From Nitrosopumilus sp. (GTDB taxonomy: Archaea > Thermoproteota > Nitrososphaeria > Nitrososphaerales > Nitrosopumilaceae): a stretch of DNA of 64,000 nucleotides. The notes beneath the pieces were generated by a model, which did no database searches, was not told the origin of the DNA, and saw only the letters and a program-made list of their open reading frames with translations. Each line of letters opens with the position of its first letter. Within the stretch, counting starts at the first letter, position 1. The stretch is from contig OZ252243.1 in NCBI GenBank assembly GCA_965249555.1, forward strand, positions 640,001 through 704,000. The letters are read 5' to 3'. Shown in pieces: positions 29,906 through 40,700 of this stretch. The position numbers and the translations under genes are program-made.

Positions 29906-30709
29906 ATGCCTCAAAATAATAAAGCAGTTTATGGCAATTTGCTATCTTACAAAGTATACGTAAGGCCTGCAGCCCACAAATTGTACGGTTATACCAACAA
30001 AACAAAATCAAAGCACCAAAAAAACATTCACAATTTACTGCATATCTTGTTTACACATGGGACAAGCTCCACTTGGGATATGGCAAAACGCAAATCACGC
30101 AAAATATCATTAATTCGAAAACAAGAAAAGATTTACAGGCGCCTACTGATTGGCAGAACCGATAGGGGCAGACATTCAGGGGGCATGTTGGATCTTGGCC
30201 TGGTAGTCAAAGAGCAAAGTGTACCACACACAAAGTACAGGCTGTCATTGTATGGCATACTATACTGCATTGATACGCAAGATCCCGCCAAAAAAGACAT
30301 TGACAGTATGGTAAAAAACTATGCATTTTTGATTCCCAAAATATTTGGCAACTGGGGCAGGGTAAAATCGGCATTAGGTGCTGATGCATACAGTTTGAGA
30401 ATACTATCTAAAGGCATTTATCTTAACAACACAAAGATGGCACGCAGCGACAACCCACTGTACGAGCTAATGTCATATGTCCACATAAAATATAAAAAAA
30501 ATTTCGAGTCTATTTTTGAGTATCAGCTAGCCGAGCAGATATCTTTTTGGTTTTACACATATTTACTGTATGAAAATTCTCAAAAACTAAAAAACATACT
30601 AGGCAAAGACGAGCAATTGCAAAATTGGTATATGGATTTTTTCAAGCAGGCAAAGGACCATTATACCAAGAGATTGCACACAATTAAAAATTCCAATATT
30701 TTAAAATAG
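29906..30709 (+). CDS. conserved hypothetical winged-helix protein
   Basis: STWDMAK and LDLGLV...YRLSLYG winged-helix pattern; ATG at 29906 preferred. Confidence 0.65.
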   Translation: MPQNNKAVYGNLLSYKVYVRPAAHKLYGYTNKTKSKHQKNIHNLLHILFTHGTSSTWDMAKRKSRKISLIRKQEKIYRRLLIGRTDRGRHSGGMLDLGLVVKEQSVPHTKYRLSLYGILYCIDTQDPAKKDIDSMVKNYAFLIPKIFGNWGRVKSALGADAYSLRILSKGIYLNNTKMARSDNPLYELMSYVHIKYKKNFESIFEYQLAEQISFWFYTYLLYENSQKLKNILGKDEQLQNWYMDFFKQAKDHYTKRLHTIKNSNILK

Positions 30710-30711
30710 AC

Positions 30712-31077
30712 TCATTTTGCGTGCTTTGTTATCATTTTGCGCAAGATATCTGGCTCTATTGGCTTGTTAATTATGCCTGCAAGACTTTTTGTCTTGACGT
30801 CTTCGTACTTTGTATGATCTAAAACATAACTTGATGTAAATACTATCTTGGCATTACTATCAATATTTTTAATGCGCAAAAATGTCTCATAGCCGTCAAT
30901 TCCGGGCATCTTTATATCCAAAAATACAAGGTGGGGCTTTATCTCTACATACTGTGCTATGGCATCATGGCCATTTGTTGCAGTGTATACATTATAGCCA
31001 TCATTTAACAAAACCAGCTGCAAGGATTCTAAAAAATCACAGTCATCATCTGTTATCAGAATCCTTTTTCTTGCCAT
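30712..31077 (-). CDS. single-domain response regulator (CheY-like)
   Basis: ILITDDD, FLDIKMPGIDG and KP motifs. Confidence 0.95.
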   Translation of the reverse strand: MARKRILITDDDCDFLESLQLVLLNDGYNVYTATNGHDAIAQYVEIKPHLVFLDIKMPGIDGYETFLRIKNIDSNAKIVFTSSYVLDHTKYEDVKTKSLAGIINKPIEPDILRKMITKHAK

Positions 31078-32318
31078 TACGCACCAGTCTTGGGCAAAGT
31101 TATGGTAAATGTGACGGGATGATTACTTGCAGTAATGGAGCCATTGTGGCGCTCTATGATGTTTTTGCAGCTTGTAAGGCCCAAGCCGGTACCTTGCATC
31201 TTTGTGGTAAATAATGGATCAAATAATCGTTCAATATCTTTTTTTGGTATCGCAGGACCAGAGTTCTCAAAGGACAATACAATCATATCGTGTTGTTTTT
31301 CTAGTTTTACTGTTATATATCCAGTATCATTGCCAATTGCCTGCACTGCGTTGAGCATTATATTTGTAAATACAAACTCTATCTTTTCTGCATCACATGA
31401 TATCATGTCATCCCCATCAGGCAGTGTCAGTGTAATGTTTTGAGGCAGCGCCATACCTGCCATACACTGGCGTAATATTGACAGTATTGATGCAGGTTCA
31501 GATATTATGGAAATGGTTCTGACATAGTTTAGCACGCCTTCTATCTGGTGTGACATTCTCTTTATTGCTCGGTTTATCCTGTTTGTTTCATTGTGTATGA
31601 TGTCGGTTTTGGGATTACTTTGGATTAGTGTGATAGAGTTGCGTATTGTACCTAGGGGGTTTCGCATGTCATGGGCAATCATTGCTGCAAACTCGCCTAT
31701 TGTCACAAACTTTTCTTGTCTTATCTTCTCATCTGCATATCTGTTAAAGATTCGCAGGATAAAATATATCATAAATACGTGTGTTATCACATTAATGATG
31801 CCGAGTATTACTTGCAGTGAAATTAGCTGAATTGATATCTCATCTATATAATTCCCCAAGTTTTCAGTCAGTACATCAGATAGTATCAGCAGCTGGTTCC
31901 CGTCAAATATAATGTCAGTGACTTGTTGATTAGCGGCAATATCATTTGATCTTAGTATGGCAATTTTGTCTTTATACTCTGTGAATTTTTGGCTTATGAC
32001 ATTCCAGTCATAGTCAAATCTTTCTGGCAGTGGTACAGTCTCTATATTATTTAGCTTGCCGCCATACTTTAGATGGTGGATGTTTTGCTCTAGATTGTCT
32101 AGTGCCCCAAAGACATCATTGTGTACGGGAATATCAGACAGGTTATGTTGTACTTCAATTTGTACATATGTGGTGAGCAGTCTGTTTTTTCCTGCAACAT
32201 TTACAATGTTTCCAGTATGATTAATTTGGGATTCAAAATGTACAATAATTAAAGAGCTTGTAACTATTAGTGTAATTTGCAGCATTACCAGTATTGCTAT
32301 TTTTTGCGTAAACTTCAA
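31077..32318 (-). CDS. membrane sensor histidine kinase with PilJ/NarX-like sensor domain
   Basis: Two TM helices, VNVAGKNRLL P-box-like motif, AHDMRNPL, N box, FTTK and GTGLGL. Confidence 0.92.
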   Translation of the reverse strand: MKFTQKIAILVMLQITLIVTSSLIIVHFESQINHTGNIVNVAGKNRLLTTYVQIEVQHNLSDIPVHNDVFGALDNLEQNIHHLKYGGKLNNIETVPLPERFDYDWNVISQKFTEYKDKIAILRSNDIAANQQVTDIIFDGNQLLILSDVLTENLGNYIDEISIQLISLQVILGIINVITHVFMIYFILRIFNRYADEKIRQEKFVTIGEFAAMIAHDMRNPLGTIRNSITLIQSNPKTDIIHNETNRINRAIKRMSHQIEGVLNYVRTISIISEPASILSILRQCMAGMALPQNITLTLPDGDDMISCDAEKIEFVFTNIMLNAVQAIGNDTGYITVKLEKQHDMIVLSFENSGPAIPKKDIERLFDPLFTTKMQGTGLGLTSCKNIIERHNGSITASNHPVTFTITLPKTGA

Positions 32319-32550
32319 CTATAATATGTCAAAGGACAAACAATAAAAAATTATACAAGGCATGCCGCAAGTCATTATCAACTGTATTATAACAGGGTGG
32401 CCGTGTATGGTACAATGACGTACAAGAACGCAAAGACAGTACCGTTTGCCTCTCTGATTGCTGCAATGATCCTCATGTTGAACAGATGTTATACGAAATC
32501 TTTTCTGTATCTTGTGTATACCTACTGTTGGGCCTGAGAGTTGAAAGGCA

Positions 32551-32702
32551 GATGCCTGCAATAATCCGGGCACATGCTAACTCTGAAAGTGTATTATACA
32601 CAAAATCATGAACTGACACAACGAAGATGCAAATCATATCACAGGTCCTGATTCAGCAAGACATAGTCGCAGCAGGGTTGGAGACGGTTTCGTATGGGAA
32701 CC
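32551..32702 (+). mobile_element. IS110 3'-end fragment
   Basis: Reverse-complement similarity to 7098-7274. Confidence 0.8.
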
Positions 32703-32703
32703 A

Positions 32704-32928
32704 TAATCACATATGATTCTCAAAAATGTGACGGAACCTAGTCATTCCAGCTAAAATCAGAGTCCCCATATATAATACAGTCACACAGCATCTCCTGGGC
32801 CAGCATCTCTTGTATGGATAGTGGTTCCAGCAATGTGGGATCTGATACTCTGTCCAGCCTTAATGGCATATCATATGAGAATGACTCATCGAGGGTTCCC
32901 TGAATTGCCTTACTATCAAAGATTAGAG
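32704..32928 (-). pseudogene. duplicate of the 3' end and downstream flank of the giant gene
   Basis: 32738-32928 matches 34714-34904 with about 10 mismatches in 191 bp. Confidence 0.92.
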
Positions 32929-33054
32929 AACACCAGTTAGAATTAGTATTAAATCTCTCTTATAACTATCAGTCCATCTACGAAATTTACCACGTAAACT
33001 ATGATCACGTAAATCTATAACATCATCAAAATCATCCGAAGACAATTTTATAAT

Positions 33055-33591
33055 CTAGATCATGCCAACTTCTGCGTTTGAATCTGAAGATATGGAAATA
33101 GAGGTATTATGTAATGCGCGTATTATAGGATCTCCTGAATTATTATAACAATCAACATACAAGTAAGCGTTAGTTAGAGTGGTTTTGGTTCGTATAAGTA
33201 CTGGTGATTTCCCTTGTATCACAAACTCATTCCATGGTTCATAAGTTTGTTCGTTTATAATGTATCCGAACAAATCTTGTTTTGTTTTTGAATTAACATA
33301 TTGAGGTAACCAAGGCTCAGTTGGTTTTTTCTTTTCACCACGATTTACAAATCCAACAATACCTTGATATGAAATGATATATTTCATATTTTCAAGAATA
33401 TTCATTCCAGCAGGCATGTTTACAAATTTCTCATCAGAAATTTTTAAAATATTGTTCGGAATATTACCAACACGCAAAAACCCTTTCACTTTAGGGTGTT
33501 CAATCTTGTAATTATTAAATTCAAATTTTTTAACTTTAAACAAAAGGGAAGTCATATCCATTGGACCAATTGAAATAGAAGCGTCTGGCAT
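33055..33591 (-). CDS. hypothetical protein, third gene of a TA-like operon
   Basis: 178-aa ORF 1 bp downstream of the zinc-finger gene; EPWNEF and NNSGDP motifs. Confidence 0.7.
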   Translation of the reverse strand: MPDASISIGPMDMTSLLFKVKKFEFNNYKIEHPKVKGFLRVGNIPNNILKISDEKFVNMPAGMNILENMKYIISYQGIVGFVNRGEKKKPTEPWLPQYVNSKTKQDLFGYIINEQTYEPWNEFVIQGKSPVLIRTKTTLTNAYLYVDCYNNSGDPIIRALHNTSISISSDSNAEVGMI

Positions 33592-33592
33592 T

Positions 33593-34000
33593 TTATAAAA
33601 TTGAAGGAATTAATATTTTAGGAATATGTCTTTTGTCATTCGGCATAGATTCTCCTTTGATTTCTTGTTCACCATAAGTTGAAACAATTTCAAGAGCATT
33701 AATTGTACTCTGAATGTTAGAACTATCTTGCCAAAATAATTTCCCAAATATATCAACTTCTAATATTTGTTTGATTTGTCCTATACGATATGCAACTTTC
33801 CCAGATTCAACATACCCATCTTCAGAAAGTAATCCATATCTACACATTGGACAAACCAAACCATCAAAAGATCCTAAAAAAACATCATCCACAAAATAAG
33901 GAATTAATCCTTCAATAAGACGTGTTTCACAATCAGGACATCCAAAGTCACCAGACTTTAATTGGATAGGATCTTTTTGTGTCAAGTTATCTTTAGTCAT
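33593..34000 (-). CDS. zinc-finger protein (MqsA/YgiT-type), putative antitoxin
   Basis: CPDC...LVCPMC with intervening beta strands. Confidence 0.65.
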   Translation of the reverse strand: MTKDNLTQKDPIQLKSGDFGCPDCETRLIEGLIPYFVDDVFLGSFDGLVCPMCRYGLLSEDGYVESGKVAYRIGQIKQILEVDIFGKLFWQDSSNIQSTINALEIVSTYGEQEIKGESMPNDKRHIPKILIPSIL

Positions 34001-34019
34001 ATTTTTGCATTTATAACTA

Positions 34020-34238
34020 TTATTTAATATAAACAGTTCTTAAAAATAACTTGCAAGTGTATTTTCTTAGAACAATTATAATAGAACCCAATGTTATCGT
34101 ATAAACATATTTTTCAATCTCATTTTTAATACCTTCACTTAGTATTTTTTCTATCGTTTGCTTTGAAATATGTTGTTGCGTCATTCTATCTTTTATGTGT
34201 ATAGAGTAATATCTGGCACAGTTTCTAAAAGGATCCAA
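34020..34238 (-). CDS. DUF4258-like small toxin candidate
   Basis: YSIHIKDRM....IS...I..IL..G and C-terminal RTVY pattern; start uncertain. Confidence 0.6.
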   Translation of the reverse strand: MDPFRNCARYYSIHIKDRMTQQHISKQTIEKILSEGIKNEIEKYVYTITLGSIIIVLRKYTCKLFLRTVYIK

Positions 34239-34398
34239 TTCATAATCTCACAGTTTTGTTTTTGTTATTTGAAATTATACAAGTCATTACAAACTTGATC
34301 GAATTTGACTATTTAGACTGATCCTAGATCGGGTTCTGGCAAGTTACAGTGACCTGTTTTCTACTGGAAAGTTTAGTGACCTGAAGGTATCAGGGTTA

Positions 34399-34481
34399 GG
34401 TTCTCCCATACGAAATCGTCTCCAACCCTACTGAGGACACCTCCTAGCGTGCTTTGCTGAATCAGGACATCTCAGATATGC
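34399..34481 (-). mobile_element. IS110 3'-end fragment
   Basis: Near-identical to 7098-7180. Confidence 0.85.
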
Positions 34482-34713
34482 CATCTCATTTTGTCTCTGC
34501 CTTTGGTACAGAGAGTTTTATTTTTGCAAAAAGTACGGGAAGGATTCTTGTCATATTTTGATTCCAGGAATTGCATTAATAATTCATCAGGGATTGTTTT
34601 TGCAAATGATGCAAAATCCATCCATTGTTTTTGTAAAATATTCCATGATAATCTAGGGGCAGTAGATACCCAATAACCTAATTACATATAATTCTCAAAA
34701 GATATGATGGAAC

Positions 34714-37700
34714 CTAGTCGTTCCAGCTAAAATCAGAGTCATCATATATCATACAGTCACACAGCATCTCCCGGGCCAGCATCTCCTGTATGGATAGTGA
34801 TTCCAGCAATGCGGGATCTGATACTCTGTCCAGCCTTAATGGCATATCATATGAGAATGATTCATCGAGGGTTCCCTGAATTGCCTTACTATCAAAGATC
34901 AGAGTTGCCCTATCCTGCTCATCAATTACCAGATTTGCAAAGTTTGAATGAATTCTAGTCATTACGCTTGTTGGCGAATCATCTCTTTGTTGTATATCAG
35001 GTCTTGTAATCTGCAACCAGGTGCCATAGTCATTTTGTGACCATATGTATCCATATTGGTCCTCCCAGACCTGGTAACGTCTGTCTTGCTGGGTTAGTGA
35101 TATGGTCTCAAACGGATTCTGGTTGCCATGCTTTTGTTTTAGTTCATGAGTTGCTGCTGCAAGTAATGCTTCTCCCACAAACTCTACACCTTCGTTGATA
35201 TATGTGGTAGTAGAATAACGTTGTTTGTCAACTGCATTAATTGCCAATACTTCATGGGATAATGGTGCCATTATTACAAATGATATGGTAACATCAAAGC
35301 ACCTCTCTGCAGTATCTGATGATGTACATTTGACTTTACTAATTGTGGCACCAGTCATGTTCTGATTTACCAGTCCCTCTTTTTGCTCATGGACTATATC
35401 TGCAATGTCATAGCCTGCAGGACTGGTATAGTTGCTATTTACATTCACTATAATGTGGGACTCTGCATTAGTCTTCAGGCCAACTTCTGGAACTCCAAGG
35501 GATAGAGATACCGACTTTAGGCCATTTGTTGCATAGCCTTTGATGTGGACTGTATTGTTATCACCAATAATGCTGCTAGTCATATTAAAGTCAGTGTGCC
35601 AGTTGTTTGTAATGGTTAATGGCATGCCATTAAAGACAAAGCCGTCATCAACTAGCTGTACTGCTTGATTATTCCAATGTTTGCCAAAGGTTGGCTTTGT
35701 TTTCCATTCATTAGAATCTCCACCTTTTTTCTTTGGTGTTTCAGTTCCAGAAGGTACACTAGCGGTGCCACCAACTGCTGTTGTATCAAGTGTAATGACT
35801 ATAGATGGTGATGCAGCAGATGTGTTGACTCCATCAGATGCCGTTGCAGTAAAAGAGTTCTCACCTTCATCTAGTGCAACTTCTGTAAATGAGAAATTCC
35901 CTGAACCATCGGCAATTACTGTACCAGCTGGTGTTGCTCCATTGAATAGTTCTATAGTTGCTCCGGCTTCAGTTGAACCGCCTTCAATTGTGATTGGTGA
36001 TGAGGAAACAATTGCAGGTGATGTGGCAATTGCAGGAACTGGTGGTGCTGTGGTATCAGATTCTACTGTTACAGTTTCAGTGATTGTTGCGACTTGTCCA
36101 TTGCTGTCAGTTACGGTATAAGTTACAACATAGTCTCTAGAAGTGTTGGCATTTACTGTTTCACCGCCAACTAAACTGGATGCAATTCCTGAGATATCAG
36201 ATTCATTGGCAATTACACCTGGGGTGTATGTTCCGTCAAATGGTACTGCAGTGGAATAGTCAACTGTGTGACCATCAACATCAAAGGTTGGTGCTGTGGT
36301 ATCAACTACGGTAATTGTAATTGATTTTTGGTCTGGTGTGTTGCCTGCCGCATCATCTGGTGCATCATACAATACGGTGTATTCTCCTATACTACTGGTG
36401 TCAGGTGTATCACCTGTAACTGTTACTGTTCCAGAGTAGGCTTGGTTATTATCAGTTACAGTAGCGTCAGGTATAGTGTAGGTGTTGGTTTGAGTTAACT
36501 CAATTATTTCACTAGATCCTGCTGGTGTGATAACTGGTTTTTCTGTATCAGGTAGAGTTGGTGCTGTGGTATCAGCTGTAACTGTAACTGTTCTAGTTAC
36601 TGTAACTGCAGGGTTTCCAGCTGCATCATCTACATCAAAGGTAACATCATAGGTTCCAACCTCACTGGTATCAACTGTATCTCCACCAACAGATACGTCA
36701 TCTGTGATAACTCCATCAGTGTTATCAGTTGCAGTAAAGGTGAATGGTGTGTATGTTTCTCCAAGTTCAATGGAAAATGATTCCTCATTGACTGTGATAG
36801 ATGGTACTGTGGTATCAGCTGTAACTGTAACTGTTCTAGTTACTGTTACTGCATGGTTTCCGGCCGCATCATCCACATCAAAGGTTACATTGTAAGTATT
36901 ATCTACACTGGTATCAACTGTATCTCCAACAACTACATTATCTGTGATATCCCCGTCAGTGTTATCATTTGCAGAATAGGTGAATGCTGTGTATGTTTCT
37001 CCAAGTTCAACGGAGAATGAATCTTTATCAACTGTGATTACTGGTGCTATGGTATCAAGCGTAATGACTATAGCTGGTGATGCAGCAGATGTGTTTGGTC
37101 CATCAGATGCCGTTGCAGTAAACGAGTTCTCACCATCAGTCAGTGTAACTGTAAATGAGAAAGATCCCGAATCAGCAGTTACTGTATCAACTGTTGTTCC
37201 TCCACGGAACAGTTCCACAGTTGTCCCGGCCTCAGCCGTACCATCAATCGTGATTGATGGTGTATTGACAGTTGCAGGTGGTGTGGTAATTGCAGGAACT
37301 GCTGGTGCTGTGGTATCAAGTGTAATGAGTATAGGTGATGATGATGCAGATGTGTTTGGTCCATCAGACGCTGTTACAGTGAATGAGTTGGCACCCTTAG
37401 TCAGTGTAACTGTAAATGAGAAAGATCCCGAATCAGCAGTTACTGTATCACCAGTTGATGTTGCTCCCTTGAGCAGTGCTACAGTTGTCCCGGCCTCAGC
37501 CGTACCTTCAATCGTGAATGATGGTGTATTGACAGTTGCAGGTGGTGTGGTGATTATAGGAGCTTCCGGTGGTATGGTATCAAGTGTAATGAGTACAGGT
37601 GATGATGCGTCAGATGTGTTTGGTCCATCAGACGCCGTTGCAGTGAATGAGTTCTCACCATCAGTCAGTGTAACTGTAAATGAGAAAGATCCTGAATCAG

Positions 37701-40700
37701 CAGTTACTGTATCACCAGTTGATGTTCCCCCCTTGAATAGTTCTACAGTTGTCCCGGCCTCAGCCGTACCTTCAATCGTGATTGATGGTGTATTGACAGT
37801 TGCAGGTGAGGTGGTAATTTCGGGAGCTTCCGGTGCTGTGGTATCAAGTGTAATGAGTACAGGTGATGATGATGCAGATGTGTTTGGTCCATCAGACGCC
37901 GTTGCAGTGAATGAGTTCTCACCTTCATCTAGTGCAACTCCTGTAAATGAGAAATTCCCGTCACCATCAGCAGCTACTGTATCACCAGTTGATGTTGCTC
38001 CCTTGAGCAGTGCTACAGTTGTCCCGGCCTCAGCCGTACCTTCAATCGTGAATGATGGTGTATTGACAGTTGCAGGTGAGGTGGTGATTTCAGGAGCTTC
38101 CGGTGCTGTGGTGTCAACTACAGTAATTACAATTGATTTTTCATCTGGTGTGTTACCTGCCGCATCATCTGGCGCATTATACAATACGGTGTATTCTTTT
38201 ACAACACGGGTGTCAGGTGTAGCACCTGTAACTGCTACTGTTCCAGTGTAGACTGGGTCATTATCAGTTACGATAGCGCCTTGTTCTGTGTAGGTGTTGG
38301 TTTGAGTTAACTCAATTGTTTGGGTAGATCCTGCTGGTGTGATTACTGGTGCTGTGGTATCTGTAACTGTAACTGTTCTAGCTACTGTTACTGCATGGTT
38401 TCCGACCGCATCATCCACATCAAAGGTAACATCATAGGTTCCAGCTGTATCGGTATCAGCTGGATATCCAGCAACAGTTACCTCACCGGTGATAATCCCG
38501 TCAGTATTATCATTTGCAGTAAAGGTGAATAGCTCGTACGTTCCTCCAAGCTCGACGGAGAGCGAATCCTCATTGACTGTGATGGTTGGCACCGTGGCAT
38601 CAGGTGTAACTGTGACTGTCCTGGTTACTGTTACTGCATGGTTTCCAGCCGCATCATCCACATCAAAGGTAACAGTGTAGGTATTAGCTACACTGGTATC
38701 AACTGTATCTCCAACAACTACATTATCTGTGATATCCCCGTCAGTGTTATCATTTGCAGAATAGGTGAATGCTGTGTATGTTTCTCCAAGTTCAACGGAG
38801 AATGAATCTTTATCAACTGTGATTACTGGTGCTATGGTATCAAGTGTAATGAGTACAGGTGATGATGATGCAGATGTGTTTGGTCCATCAGTTGCTGTTG
38901 CAGTGAATGAGTTCTCACCATCAGTCAGTGTAACTGTAAATGAGAAATTTCCGTCACCATCAGCAGTTATTGTATCAACTGTTGATCCTTCATTGAATAG
39001 TTCTACAGTTGTCCCGGCTTCAGCCGTACCTTCAATCGTGAATGATGATAAGGAAACAGTTTCAGATGGCGTGGTAATTGCAGGAACCGGTGGTGTTTCA
39101 GTATCAAGCGTAATGAGTACAGCTGGTGATGCGCCAGATGTGTTTGGTCCGTCAGACGCTGTTGCAGTGAATGAGTTCTCACCCTCAGTCAGTGTAACTG
39201 TAAATGAGAAAGATCCCGAATCAGCAGCTACTGTATCACCAGTTGATGTTGCTCCCTTGAGCAGTGCTACAGTTGTCCCGGCCTCAGCCGTACCTTCAAT
39301 CGTGAATGATGATGAACCGACAGTTACAGGTGAGGTGGTGATTATAGGAGCTTCCGGTGCTATGGTATCAAGCGTAATGACTATAGCTGGTGATGGACCA
39401 GACGTGTTGACTCCATCAGATGCTCTTGCAGTGAATGAGTTGGCACCTTCATCTAGTACAACTCCTGCAAATGAGAAACTACCTGAACCATCGGCAGTTA
39501 CTGTACCAGCTGGTGTTGCTCCATTGAATAGTGTTATAGTTGCTCCGGCCTCAGTTGAACCGCCATCAATTGTGATTGGTGATGCGCCAACAGTTGCAGG
39601 TGGCGTGGTAATTGCAGGAACTGGTGGTGCTGTAACATCAGATTCTACTGTTACAGTTTCAGTGATTGTTGCGACTTGTCCATTGTTGTCAGTTACAGTG
39701 TAAGTTACAGCATATTCTCCAGAAGCGTTGACATTGACTGTTTCATCACCAACTGTACTGGATTTAATTCCTGAGATATCAGATTGATTGTTAATTACAC
39801 CTGGGGTGTATGGTCCGCCAAATGGTACTGTAGTGGAATAGTCATCTGTGTTACCATCAACATCAAAGGTTGGCGGTGTGGTATCAGATACAGTAATTAC
39901 AATTGATTGTTGGTCCGGTGTGTTGCCTGCCGCATCATCTGGCGCATCATACAATACGGTGTAAACTCCTATACTACTGGTGTCAGGCGTATCACCAGAG
40001 GGTGTTGCCGTTTCAGAGTAATCTGGGTCATTATCAGTTACGGTGCCGCCTTGTTCTGTGTAGGTGTCAGTTGCAGTCAACTCTATTGTTGTATCAGATC
40101 CTGTTGGTGTGATTACTGGCGGCGTAACATCAGGTCCTACTGTTACAGTTTCAGTGATTGTTCTGCTTTGTTCATTGTTGTCAGTTACGGTGTAAGTTAC
40201 AGCATATTCTCCAGAAGCGTTGACATTGACTGTTTTGCCGCCAACTGTACTGGATTTAATTCCTGAGATATCAGATTGATTGTTAATTACACCTTGGGTG
40301 TATGGTCCGCCAAATGGCACTGTAGTGGAATAGTCATCTGTGTTACCATCAACATCAAAGGTTGGCGGTGTGGTATCAGATACGGTAATTACAATTGATT
40401 GTTGGTCCGGTGTGTTGCCTGCCGCATCATCTGGCGCATCATACAATACGGTGTAAACTCCTATACTACTGGTGTCAGGTGTATCACCAGAGACTGCTAC
40501 TGTTCCAGGGTAGGCCGGGTCATTATCAGTTACGGTGCCGCCTTGTTCTGTGTAGGTGTCAGTTGCAGTCAACTCTATTGTTGTATCAGATCCTGTTGGT
40601 GTGATTACTGGCGCTGTGGTGTCAAGTGTGATGAGTACTGCTGGTGATGGATCAGACGTGTTGACTCCATCAGATGCTCTTGCAGTAAATGAGTTGCCAC

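Noticed and set aside
32738-32928. Possible DGR template/variable repeat pair with 34714-34904
   Set aside because: Mismatches are not confined to adenines in either copy and there is no reverse transcriptase in the window
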